DNA of 33,253 bases from Myxococcota bacterium (GCA_036337435.1 JAYZEG010000083.1:1-33253); one strand, 5' to 3'; positions 16,844-26,363 are shown, counted from the first letter of the stretch. Notes: generated from the letters alone by a model not told the origin. Program-made: numbers and translations.

Positions 16844-19303
16844 ATGAGACTACGATGGATCCTATTTGCCGGTCTGGTGTGTTTTGGTTACGTGGCTCCA
16901 TGTTGTGCCTTCGAGACGCCTTTTGGGCGCGAAGTCTCTGCCGCCATTGATCGAGGGCTCGATTTCTTCCGTCAAAGTCAGCAAGGAAATGGGGCCTTCA
17001 ATGTCGCCGGTGAACCTCGGGTTACGGGACTTGCGATCCTGTGTTTCCTGGAGCGTCGGCAATCGGCTGACTGGAACGCACCCCCAGTTGGCTATGTGGG
17101 CATGGACCAGAACGATCAGGAACGTATTCGCCGGGCTGTCGCGTACCTGCTCGACACTGACCCGGGGCTTTCCGGCCAGACTGCGCAATCGTACGTCACG
17201 GGTTCCAGTTTGATGGCTTTGAGCGTCTATATCGCGACCGGAGGCCCGGACGATGTCGGTGCTGGGCGTTCGGTAACAACAGGTCTTCAGAATGGGATCA
17301 CCGGACTCACTCGGAACCAAGTCTCTCGTGGGCCAAACTTTGGCGGTTGGGACTACGAAGATATGGAGGCTGACCAGGATGGTGATTTATCAACGACTCA
17401 GTTCGCGGCGGCTGGTCTTTCAGCAGCATCGGCGATCTACGCAAATGCCGCTGGGCCATTGGTCAACACGCCGACCTTTGTGACCAATGTGAAAAACGGT
17501 GACGGCGGACATCGCTATCGTGGTAACGATCAACGCCCCAGTACAAGTGCGATGACGGCATCGGGGGTCTGGACCTATCGCTTATCTGGCGTCGAGACCG
17601 ATGACGGCCGTGTACAATCTGCGCTGCGTTGGCTACAGCAAAATCATGATGTCGAGGCCGACCAAGGCAATGGATATTATTATGTGATGTGGGCTTCGGC
17701 TAAAGGCTATGAAGTGACTGCCGACGGTCACCAAGGAATAGACAGTACCCAGATTGGGGGGCAGTACAATCCGAATGACTTCGGCTACCCGGAGGAACCC
17801 CAAGGCTGGTATTTTGATTACGCATACAAGCTGATGCAGCTTCAAGATGGCGACGGAGGGTGGAGTCGCCCAGACAATTGGCGACCAGGTGCTGCAACCG
17901 CGTATGCCATTCTTGTTCTTGAACGCAGTCTCGGTGGCGCATGTATTGATACGGATGATGACGGCCTTTGTGGACCCGATGATAATTGCCCTGACGTTCC
18001 AAACCCAGACCAGCAAGATACCGATGGTGATGGCCTAGGCGATGTGTGCGATAACTGCCCGACCGTGAGTAATCCAGAGCAGGAAGATGACGATCAGGAT
18101 GGAACGGGGGATGTGTGCGAACGCCCATGTACGCCTGGTGTGCCACCGGATGGCGACGCTTGTGGCACAGATCAGCCTGGTGCCTGCCGCCTCGGTCGAC
18201 TCGAATGTATCAATGGTTTTTTTGTGTGCGCGGGGGAAATTGGTCCACAGCCTGAGACTTGCAACCAGGTTGATGATGATTGTGATGGGCTCATCGATGA
18301 AGGCGTACTCAACGCATGTGGTTTTTGCGACCAAGTCGGTGAGATTTGCGACCTAGCAGATAATGATTGCGATGGCCAATTCGATGAAGGGGATTTGTGT
18401 CCTGATGACGAAATCTGCGTACAGGGCCAATGTCGGCAACCCTGCGCGGGGAATGAATGCTTTAATGATGGCGAGAGATGTGATCGAGCAGACCAGGTCT
18501 GCGTCGAGCTCTGCTACGGTGTGGCCTGTCCCGGTGCTGCCGAGTGCGATCCCGAAACAGGTTTATGTGGTGATGCCTGTGTGGGGATAAGCTGCAACGC
18601 CGACCAAATGTGTGTTCACGGACAATGTTTAGATGGCCTTTGTGACGTCCATGGATGTCCGAGAGGTCAAGCGTGTATCGGTGGGGAATGCGTTGCAGAC
18701 CCGTGCCGAGGACGAATGTGTCCCGACGGTCAATTTTGTCGGGCGGGTGACTGTATTGCGTCGTGTGCGTTGGTCTCCTGTCGAGTGGGTGAATCGTGCA
18801 TAGACGGTCTGTGCGCGGAGGACCCGTGCGGAAGCTTTACTTGTCCCGCTGAAGATGAATGTGTTGATGGACAATGTGTACCATCCCTGTGCAGGGGCGT
18901 CGAATGCCGTGATGGGGCCCGGTGTGTTCGGGGTAATTGTCTTGGCGATCCTTGCCGAAACATAACGTGTCCACTCGGTCAATCATGCTTTGTTGTTCGC
19001 GACAGTGCCCAGTGCTTTAATGGACAAAGTGGGCCCCCAGGGCGAGATACGGTCATTGGCAGGGAAACGCGACCAACCCTCAGGGACGATGCAGGGGTGT
19101 CACCGCGTACGGATTCGATGGTGGGCGGAAGTCGACTGCCACCGCCATCCGGCAATATTGTCGATCCAAGTGTTGAGGCGACCCCAGGGTGTCAATGCAA
19201 CAGCGGGACACAACAGTCCAACATGCCTTTTTGGGTATTGGCGATCGTCTTGTTAAGACTCGTCAATTATAAGTTACGGACGGGAGCGAAAAGGCGATTA
19301 TGA
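16844..19303 (+). CDS. Large surface protein: prenyltransferase/squalene-cyclase-like alpha/alpha toroid, thrombospondin type-3 repeats, MopE-type repeats, Cys-rich stalk, MYXO-CTERM-like anchor
   Basis: GAGGAGG RBS; signal peptide; QW-like motifs (QQGNGAF, GGWDY, DGGHRY, QDGDGGW); DNCP...NP.Q.D.D.DG.GDVC twice; DDDCDGLIDE; about 10 C...C..G.C...C.G.C units; GCQC-hydrophobic-basic tail. Confidence 0.8.
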   Translation: MRLRWILFAGLVCFGYVAPCCAFETPFGREVSAAIDRGLDFFRQSQQGNGAFNVAGEPRVTGLAILCFLERRQSADWNAPPVGYVGMDQNDQERIRRAVAYLLDTDPGLSGQTAQSYVTGSSLMALSVYIATGGPDDVGAGRSVTTGLQNGITGLTRNQVSRGPNFGGWDYEDMEADQDGDLSTTQFAAAGLSAASAIYANAAGPLVNTPTFVTNVKNGDGGHRYRGNDQRPSTSAMTASGVWTYRLSGVETDDGRVQSALRWLQQNHDVEADQGNGYYYVMWASAKGYEVTADGHQGIDSTQIGGQYNPNDFGYPEEPQGWYFDYAYKLMQLQDGDGGWSRPDNWRPGAATAYAILVLERSLGGACIDTDDDGLCGPDDNCPDVPNPDQQDTDGDGLGDVCDNCPTVSNPEQEDDDQDGTGDVCERPCTPGVPPDGDACGTDQPGACRLGRLECINGFFVCAGEIGPQPETCNQVDDDCDGLIDEGVLNACGFCDQVGEICDLADNDCDGQFDEGDLCPDDEICVQGQCRQPCAGNECFNDGERCDRADQVCVELCYGVACPGAAECDPETGLCGDACVGISCNADQMCVHGQCLDGLCDVHGCPRGQACIGGECVADPCRGRMCPDGQFCRAGDCIASCALVSCRVGESCIDGLCAEDPCGSFTCPAEDECVDGQCVPSLCRGVECRDGARCVRGNCLGDPCRNITCPLGQSCFVVRDSAQCFNGQSGPPGRDTVIGRETRPTLRDDAGVSPRTDSMVGGSRLPPPSGNIVDPSVEATPGCQCNSGTQQSNMPFWVLAIVLLRLVNYKLRTGAKRRL

Positions 19304-19345
19304 GTCGGGAACTCACATCGTTCGTATGCAAGAGGGCCGTTGTGC

Positions 19346-19564
19346 CTAATGATGATCGTGCTCGGCAGCGGCACTGTTCATGACCTTCTCTTCGAACATA
19401 TTCATGAAGGTCAGCAAGACCGTTGTACCAATGCTCAAAACCAGCAGGCCGATAAGCCAGCCACCCTCTGTCGCCGCAAAAGGCATAATTGGGGCAAATA
19501 CAACATCCGCCCAGAAAGCCCAAACTGTCGTCAACAGCAGCATGAAAATCCAAACGTAAGGCAT
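19346..19564 (-). CDS. Small two-TM membrane protein (72 aa)
   Basis: GGAG RBS; two hydrophobic helices; fills the intergenic gap; ends in EHDHH. Confidence 0.55.
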   Translation of the reverse strand: MPYVWIFMLLLTTVWAFWADVVFAPIMPFAATEGGWLIGLLVLSIGTTVLLTFMNMFEEKVMNSAAAEHDHH

Positions 19565-19669
19565 AATGATCGTCTCCAGAGTCTCAAAGGTTTGCTGCTC
19601 AAGGCCGTGTTTTGTAACCGTGCCCGCAGCCGATAAGTATCATGTGCCATATAGAGGCCCTGAAGTCTA

Positions 19670-20575
19670 ATGAATCAGGAGTATTCGACGAGCGCAATGG
19701 ATGAAAAACCACCAAATGAACTTAAATATCTCACAGCATTCCGGGATGAAACAGCCTTACTGAATTGGGTTCGTCGTGTCTATCCCGTGCAATCCCTAGA
19801 GTTCTTTGATGGGGGCCATGAGCAATCATACATCTGGTTGGTTCGCACAAAGACGGGCGTGACAGCGGTTTTAAAAATGCACAAGGCTCATGGATCTGCC
19901 CGCCGCGAAGTCGATGCCTACCGGTTCGTTGAGCGGAACAAACTCCCCGGTACGCCTCGCCTGCTCCGACAGTGCGCCTCTGACAGTCGGATTCTTCTTT
20001 TGAGTCACGAGCGCGGTGAATCTGACCAATTGAATGAGGACACGGTGTTTCGTGCTGGTCAATTTTTGGGATCACTCCATAGAGCACCGTTTAAAGACAA
20101 TGACTCAGTTCCGTTGGTCGAGGCATTTGAGCTGCGATTTGAGGCCTTGCGCGGCCGAATTAAAGACCCCGACCTGCACCGTCTTCTCGTTCTTTTTCAG
20201 TCTAAATTGCTCAAATTTGAACTCGGACAAAGAGTTTTTTGCCATAGAGATTTCCGGCCCGAGAATTGGTTGAGTGATCCGAGTAATCATCGTTTGACGG
20301 TCCTAGACTTCGGTCATTGTAGACCTGGCTTATGGTTGGCTGACCTGATCCATCTGCGGGTGATGACGCTTGAACAACCTCAGCTTTGGGCGTCTTTCCT
20401 TGCCGGATATGACCGCGACCTCACAGAGACGGAATATAATCTTCTGTGGGCTTTGATTGGTCTCTATGGTGTGGCAACCTGTCTGCGTACCGACCAAGGA
20501 CCGGATGCAGTGTTGTCTCGTGGACAGAATTACGTGGACCTCAGTCATCGAGTGTTGTCAGCCTCCAGACCATGA
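19670..20575 (+). CDS. Aminoglycoside phosphotransferase (APH)/choline kinase family protein
   Basis: VLK, RE...Y, P.LL, LG.LH, Brenner motif HRDFRPENW and LDFG. Confidence 0.85.
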   Translation: MNQEYSTSAMDEKPPNELKYLTAFRDETALLNWVRRVYPVQSLEFFDGGHEQSYIWLVRTKTGVTAVLKMHKAHGSARREVDAYRFVERNKLPGTPRLLRQCASDSRILLLSHERGESDQLNEDTVFRAGQFLGSLHRAPFKDNDSVPLVEAFELRFEALRGRIKDPDLHRLLVLFQSKLLKFELGQRVFCHRDFRPENWLSDPSNHRLTVLDFGHCRPGLWLADLIHLRVMTLEQPQLWASFLAGYDRDLTETEYNLLWALIGLYGVATCLRTDQGPDAVLSRGQNYVDLSHRVLSASRP

Positions 20576-20626
20576 CTACGGCATATAAGGTGAACTAAGT
20601 CGGTTGGACTGAGTGAATGGGTAACG

Positions 20627-21763
20627 ATGATGAAAACCTGCAAAAAATTCGTCGGCTGCGCATCAATCGCTGTCATATTCGGATGGTTGGTGCTCGGCTG
20701 CACAAAATCTCAGCCTGAGGTCACACCGACGGCCCCTCAACAAATAAGTAAACCCGTCAAGGCTGGGGCACAAAAAAAGAGCCCGATTGGTCAGAATACA
20801 GATGAGAGTGTGGCGCCAAAACAGCTTAAGCCTGACCTGAGGACAGCGTTTAGGGCCGTACTCAAAGCTGGTTATAAAAAAGCAAGTGCCAAAGCGCATC
20901 CGCCCTATTGCCGAGTACAATACGGTGAGTTTTTTGTTGATCCTGACCACGCTTTGACATTCCTGAAAAAGAAATTAACGGAAGGCCGAATCCACGAAAA
21001 ACCACTTGCGTTGCATCTGTTGGCAAAGCTGGGCAAAAAAGCCAAATCCGCTGAGAGGTATGTTGCTCCAATCGCTATACGTGCTTGGGATTTAGCCTTT
21101 AATCGGTGCGTCGCAAAATTAAGAGGAGAGCGTGTGACGGGGGCAGCGCTCACGCCGACGGATGCTGAGCGAGAGCAGTGTATTGAGACCATCAATGGGT
21201 CGCGTCCTCCATCTGGACTTAAAATGGCATGCGAGACCTTGGGCGCAATTGGTGCTCAGTCGAGTGCTCACACTCTTCTAAAGCGTGGGATTGGGGGGTA
21301 TTTTGCCCGGGACTGTGTCTCGTTTTTAATGATGGCTGGCTCTGACAAGGCCCATACGCTCACGTTTATCGCAAATGAGCTCGAATCAAAGCCAAATTCA
21401 AATTTGGTAAAGAGCCTACTCATCGAGCGACGTGCTGAAGGAATCAAGATTTTGACGGGCATTCTTTCCGCCAGAGCGAAGCGCAGCGATCCGATCCCGG
21501 TTTGCCGAATTGCGCATATCGCCCAGGCCTACCATGAACGTGGAGGCAGCTTGAGTAAACTTGATCAAAATACGGTGAATCAGCTGCAGGCGTTGGCTCA
21601 GGCGACCGACAAGGAACAGGCGTCTGTGGCTGCTCCGTCCGTTGGCAAATGTGCACAACGTACACTGACGATTTTAGCGAGGCCGCCCGTTGCCACTCCC
21701 AAAGTTGACGTTCCCAACGTGGCACCGCAATCGGCGACATATCCATTCTGTCCAGACAAATGA
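20627..21763 (+). CDS. Hypothetical lipoprotein with HEAT-like helical repeats
   Basis: Lipobox VLGC; Pro/Lys linker; ALHLLAKLGKKAKSA and ACETLGAIG resemble HEAT/PBS repeats. Confidence 0.6.
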   Translation: MMKTCKKFVGCASIAVIFGWLVLGCTKSQPEVTPTAPQQISKPVKAGAQKKSPIGQNTDESVAPKQLKPDLRTAFRAVLKAGYKKASAKAHPPYCRVQYGEFFVDPDHALTFLKKKLTEGRIHEKPLALHLLAKLGKKAKSAERYVAPIAIRAWDLAFNRCVAKLRGERVTGAALTPTDAEREQCIETINGSRPPSGLKMACETLGAIGAQSSAHTLLKRGIGGYFARDCVSFLMMAGSDKAHTLTFIANELESKPNSNLVKSLLIERRAEGIKILTGILSARAKRSDPIPVCRIAHIAQAYHERGGSLSKLDQNTVNQLQALAQATDKEQASVAAPSVGKCAQRTLTILARPPVATPKVDVPNVAPQSATYPFCPDK

Positions 21764-21815
21764 GACAGGTTTTGACGTGGTGCCAGAGGGTGTCAAGTGG
21801 CTCAATGAAGATACG

Positions 21816-22787
21816 ATGAGTGTGGAAAAGAAAAATCGATGGCTGGTTTTGGTTCATGGCGGGGCTGGTGCAATGCGGTCCATGGGTCCGAAGAAAGAGG
21901 CTGACTATAGGCGTGGTCTCGCGGACGCCGTATTGGCCGGTGCCGATTGTCTGCGGAACGGTGGCCAGGCCATCGAGAGTGCTGTCGCCGCCGTACGTTC
22001 AATGGAACTGTCAGGCGCTTTTAATGCCGGCCATGGCAGTTGTCTCACGGCGGATGGTCTTGTGGAGGCCGATGCGGCTGTTATGAACGGAGCCGATCTG
22101 AGCTATGGGGCTGTTGCTGCCGTGCCGAGGTTAGGTAATGCAGTCGTGCTTGCCGAGACCATCAGATCCAAATCTCCACACTGCTTATTTGCAGGCCACC
22201 GAGCTTTACAGAGTATTGACGCGCTAAATGGTCCAGAACCGGAATTCATTGACCCCAGTCCTGGCCGACTGAGGAATTATCGTCAGCATCTAGAGCGCAT
22301 AGGACAGATGGACATCAAAATGGATGATTTGTCTCAGCTCGGCGGCACTCATAACGAAGGCGATACGGTCGGAGCCGTTGTCCTCGATCATGCAGGTGGT
22401 CTGGCAGCCGCTGTAAGCACAGGCGGGATTTGGTTGAAACAACCCGGTCGAGTTGGAGATTCACCGATCGCTGGAGCCGGACTCTGGGCAGAGAATGGCC
22501 TCATGGCTTGCGCGGCGACCGGAACGGGTGAATATATCATGCGTGCTGCCTTGGCGGCAGATCTGAGGGCACGGGTTCAACAAGGGGCGTCAATGGAACA
22601 AGCTGGTAAGGCCGCTATGGCCGCCCTCAGGACGCGATTTGGAGCCGGCCGGGCTGGTCTCATCGGTGTCGATCTCAATGGTCGAATCACCACAGCCTTC
22701 GACACGGCTGGTATGGGACGGGCCTGGCTCAGGGCGGGGGATACAACACCGGTTGTGCGGGTCTGGCCCGAGGATGACGACGCCTGA
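21816..22787 (+). CDS. iaaA: Isoaspartyl peptidase/L-asparaginase (Ntn hydrolase)
   Basis: VHGGAG, FNAG.GS, E.DA.VM.G, autocleavage GDTVGAV, STGG...K.PGRVGDSP..GAG and TG.GE. ORF is open from 21690; ATG at 21816 avoids overlap with the upstream gene. Confidence 0.92.
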   Translation: MSVEKKNRWLVLVHGGAGAMRSMGPKKEADYRRGLADAVLAGADCLRNGGQAIESAVAAVRSMELSGAFNAGHGSCLTADGLVEADAAVMNGADLSYGAVAAVPRLGNAVVLAETIRSKSPHCLFAGHRALQSIDALNGPEPEFIDPSPGRLRNYRQHLERIGQMDIKMDDLSQLGGTHNEGDTVGAVVLDHAGGLAAAVSTGGIWLKQPGRVGDSPIAGAGLWAENGLMACAATGTGEYIMRAALAADLRARVQQGASMEQAGKAAMAALRTRFGAGRAGLIGVDLNGRITTAFDTAGMGRAWLRAGDTTPVVRVWPEDDDA

Positions 22788-22802
22788 CCGACCAAGAAGT
22801 GC

Positions 22803-23036
22803 TTATTGCAAAAATGGGACGGTAGCGCACAGAGCGATGAGCAACGTCACAGTGATACTGGCTACGTTCCACCCAAACGAACGCGCTGTCGGCAACGGGT
22901 CACTGACGTCAATGACGGGCGTTTGATCATGCGGACAGATGTAGAAGTTTGGTGTTGTCCGGTAAAGACGCTGACACGTCGGACAGTAGCTCGGGCTGTG
23001 AGTGTCTGCTTGCGGTTTATTGACCATAAAAGCCAT
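22803..23036 (-). CDS. Small zinc-ribbon-like protein with C-terminal TM helix
   Basis: YCPTCQRLY......CPHDQTP followed by a hydrophobic C-terminus; does not overlap the next gene if that gene starts at 23227. Confidence 0.55.
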   Translation of the reverse strand: MAFMVNKPQADTHSPSYCPTCQRLYRTTPNFYICPHDQTPVIDVSDPLPTARSFGWNVASITVTLLIALCATVPFLQ

Positions 23037-23226
23037 CTCTTTCTCTGGTTTGTTGCACCTGACGGGCGCCGTTCGTCATTCTTACACCCGGCATAACGCT
23101 GCAATATGCAGGCCGAACCGACACGTTAAAAATATGACGGCCGTCGCAAATCGTCGTAGGCTTGCCCGACTCAGATTCGTCAGCAAGCGATCTAGATTCC
23201 CCTTGGTTCCAGATTTGGAGGTTTTT

Positions 23227-25323
23227 TTGGACAGTCTACAGCCAACGAGATTTCCACTGGTCTGCATCGTGGCCGCGAGTGCCCTCATCGTCTGTAGCTG
23301 TGACTCCAATCCTGGCGGCGACTCAGCGCCGTCGGCCGATGTCAGCGCGGACCAGCGTGTTGATTTAGGTGACCTACCTGAAGATGCGGGCATCCGAGAT
23401 GCGGTGACGCCAACAGGCCAGGACATGAACTGCCAGCGTGTTTTTCCGACACTGCTGCCCACAAATGAACGCCGCCGTTCATCTGATCACCGGGTCGGGA
23501 TAGACCGATTCGAAGACCCCCATTGGCTCCGCATTTCAGACGCCATACTCGATGATCCTGAAGCCCTTTTTGTGGCCACTTACAGGCGAGAAATAGATCG
23601 GTATGTGATTCGTTCCGGAACCCAGGATTCTCGCCGAGAGCTGATTTTGAAGAAAGTTGAGTCACGGGCTGGTGAGTGGCCCTTCCAGATTGAAGTTGGG
23701 CGTCTAACTGACGTGTTTCCCAATGTGAATCCGCGGGTGTTGGGGGATTATGAGCAGTTGCTGTCAAACTTCGTAAACCCAAATGACCTTGGACTTGAAG
23801 ACCTTGGATATTCGGCCGATGATGTCCGGGTCGGGTTTCTGCCTCGTGAACTCGAAGTCTATCCCTATCCGCTTCTTCGCCTCGTCTCTTTATTTGATTC
23901 TGACGACGCACCGGATCTCGTTTACGGAGTCCGTCCACATGCCAACGGCGTAGCCGGCACTCACGGTGGCCTCGATTTACTTCAAAGCCGAGCGACGCTC
24001 ATCTTGTCTGGACCCGGGTTCAAAGCAGCTACGGTGCTTGATGATGACGCGACCTTGGTGGATATCGCACCAACGGTTCTTGCTGCATTTGATGCGCCAA
24101 CGACCGGTGGCCAAGGAGCATGGGCATCCTATGCGGATGGCTTACACCTCCGTTGGCAAGATGGGCGAGTGTTGACCGAAGCACTTGATGCAACATCTTG
24201 TGTGCGGCCGAAACACATGGTTCTCATATTGTTTGATGGGTTGTTAGCGACCGAGATCAATCGGCAACTGTTATCCGATGAGCCAGATGTACAATTGCCC
24301 AATCTCAGGCACCTCGCGCAGGGTGGGGTTGTCTACAGATACGGAGCCATATCTGGGTTTCCATCTTACTCAGCACCAGGCCATGTCACCGTCGGGACCG
24401 GCCTTTGGCCAGGCCATCATGGCGTCCTCAGCAATCGATTCTATGGGCGCGCTGAACAGCGCGCAATTACACCGTTCGATCTGTTGGACAATCTGCCCTA
24501 CTTCATTCAAAACCCCCGTGAGGCATTGAGTCTTTACGATAGGTTGGTCAAGCCTGAAGCGGAGAATTTAGCTCAAGCAATTCACCGAAGTTTCGGCGAG
24601 TATGACCCAGATACCCGAACAGGTGCGTTTGTCGCTGTGATCAACGAGCTGACGTTTAAGGGGGCTGACTTTACGACTCTGGGTTTTTTCGGGGATGGAG
24701 GGGTGCGTAAGAAACTATTTGAGTATCGAGCCGCTGATGCCATTGCCATGACGCAGCTTGAGGTCTTGTTAACCGATCAGCGATTGCCCGTGCCAAAATT
24801 TCTCCAAATGTCGTTGCTCGCTACGGATGCTGCTGGTGAAGATGCAGGGCCTCACTCTCCGTTACTTCGGTCGAACCTTGTCGATATCGATGAGCGAATT
24901 GGACAGATTTTTGACCTCTTGGACGCGCGAGGTGTTCTCGAGCAAACAGCGTTCGTTTTGACATCCGATCATGGCATGGCACTTCAAGATCGGACGCGTC
25001 GTGCGACCATCCGCGACCGGATTCGAGCTGCACAAGTGAAGACATCGATGGTCTCTGGTGGATTAATTTATCTGCGGGGCTTGGTTTTAGAGGTCATCGA
25101 AGATCGAGGCAATTTTCTGAGGATAGTGGCTTTAGATGCAGACAACGGTGTTCCGGTCAGTGATGCGCAACTGGCTTGCTTGAACTGCGATAATTCGATT
25201 GAACAGATGTCGGATCGAGAGGGACAGGGGGATCTCAGTGTTCCAGCAACGGCCACCGAACTGGTCATACAGGCGACTCATCCCCGGTTCAATTCAGCGA
25301 CGTTGAGATATCGTAGACCTTAG
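23227..25323 (+). CDS. Alkaline phosphatase superfamily (NPP/type I phosphodiesterase) lipoprotein, circularly permuted
   Basis: GGAGG then TTG at 23227; lipobox VCSC; LILFDGL, PNL..L...G, FPSYSAPGH.T..TG..P.HHG...N, D...G...GP and TSDHGM, with THGG...ILSGPG...VDIAPT placed before them. ORF is open from 23002. Confidence 0.85.
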   Translation: MDSLQPTRFPLVCIVAASALIVCSCDSNPGGDSAPSADVSADQRVDLGDLPEDAGIRDAVTPTGQDMNCQRVFPTLLPTNERRRSSDHRVGIDRFEDPHWLRISDAILDDPEALFVATYRREIDRYVIRSGTQDSRRELILKKVESRAGEWPFQIEVGRLTDVFPNVNPRVLGDYEQLLSNFVNPNDLGLEDLGYSADDVRVGFLPRELEVYPYPLLRLVSLFDSDDAPDLVYGVRPHANGVAGTHGGLDLLQSRATLILSGPGFKAATVLDDDATLVDIAPTVLAAFDAPTTGGQGAWASYADGLHLRWQDGRVLTEALDATSCVRPKHMVLILFDGLLATEINRQLLSDEPDVQLPNLRHLAQGGVVYRYGAISGFPSYSAPGHVTVGTGLWPGHHGVLSNRFYGRAEQRAITPFDLLDNLPYFIQNPREALSLYDRLVKPEAENLAQAIHRSFGEYDPDTRTGAFVAVINELTFKGADFTTLGFFGDGGVRKKLFEYRAADAIAMTQLEVLLTDQRLPVPKFLQMSLLATDAAGEDAGPHSPLLRSNLVDIDERIGQIFDLLDARGVLEQTAFVLTSDHGMALQDRTRRATIRDRIRAAQVKTSMVSGGLIYLRGLVLEVIEDRGNFLRIVALDADNGVPVSDAQLACLNCDNSIEQMSDREGQGDLSVPATATELVIQATHPRFNSATLRYRRP

Positions 25324-25526
25324 CCATCAAGCTTCATGGGCCGAAGATGGTGGTCCTATGACGTCCAAAATTATGACTTTTTTTCTAAGTCGAGTTCTCG
25401 ATTTGAGTTCAAAATCTTACGTCAAGAAAAGTTTTCACGAGAACACTATTGATCCCGTCGCCTTAAATCTCCATTTTTTAGCGCTAGGCGATTTTACGAT
25501 GTAAAGTACGCCCACACGGAGGCTCA

Positions 25527-26303
25527 ATGCGAGAGACGGCATTCCACGGCTTTGATGTTATTCCTCGAGGGAATGTTGTGTCCGGCCTGGGAGTCTATCG
25601 GTTTGAGAGGACGTTGACCGCCCTCGAGCACCTTTCTTTCTTAGGCAAACTTGAATCGGCTCAGATGACCTCGGCGAACGGACGAATGAGTCGAGACTCC
25701 ATACCGGCACTGCCGGCCATGGGGCTCAAGCAGTTATTCGCTCTGGGTCACTGTGCGCCGCGAACGACGGCTGATGTCGAACTACAACAACAAACGCTAT
25801 TCGAACTTCATCGGGACTATGGCCTTGTGGAAGCGTGGGCATTTCTGGTGGATACCTGTGTGGATGTATCAACGCGCCAAACCACGGGAGAAATTCGTTG
25901 GCGGAACGGGGCACCTTGTCCAACGCAAATCGCATTTCAATGTGAGGGCGACTTGCCGAGTCAGAGCAGTCGGCACCTGGACCGCTTCGCGATCAATTTT
26001 AAATTGGCGACACGCGTCTGCCCCGAGTCGGCTGGGGTCTTGGTCGCGTTTTGTCAGCATTGGTTAGCACCCTACACGGACCACGTAGCCAAACAAAATG
26101 GGCAATACTGTGAACGGTCTGAGGCACAATGCTATATGTTGGGCGATGTGAATATCGGTGACGACGGCCGGACAGTTCGCTTTCGCATGGACCATCTGAT
26201 TCTCCCAGGCGCCCCAAAAGACTGCCTCAATCACACCCTCGCGGTGATCGAGCAAATCAACGACGTTTTGCCAGTGGAGAAGGCCTGGTTGGCTTGCGCT
26301 TAG
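25527..26303 (+). CDS. Hypothetical protein (258 aa)
   Basis: GGAGG at 25518-25522; longest ORF of the interval; no motif recognised. Confidence 0.65.
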   Translation: MRETAFHGFDVIPRGNVVSGLGVYRFERTLTALEHLSFLGKLESAQMTSANGRMSRDSIPALPAMGLKQLFALGHCAPRTTADVELQQQTLFELHRDYGLVEAWAFLVDTCVDVSTRQTTGEIRWRNGAPCPTQIAFQCEGDLPSQSSRHLDRFAINFKLATRVCPESAGVLVAFCQHWLAPYTDHVAKQNGQYCERSEAQCYMLGDVNIGDDGRTVRFRMDHLILPGAPKDCLNHTLAVIEQINDVLPVEKAWLACA

Positions 26304-26363
26304 GCGGCTCGCGACGGCTGCCTCGACAATCCTATCGAACCGAGCGCGTGAAACACAACAGCA

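Noticed and set aside
16844..19303. TraA/TraB kin-recognition locus, or squalene-hopene cyclase
   Set aside because: The head is not PA14-like and no OmpA/beta-barrel TraB gene is adjacent; there is no DxDD motif and the protein is exported.
19670..20575. Aminoglycoside resistance gene
   Set aside because: Only the generic APH/choline kinase fold motifs are visible; there is no mobile context.
21690..21815. N-terminal extensions given by the ORF track (also 2160, 8351, 11629, 16595, 23002, 29635)
   Set aside because: Downstream starts have a better RBS, restore signal peptides or remove overlaps.
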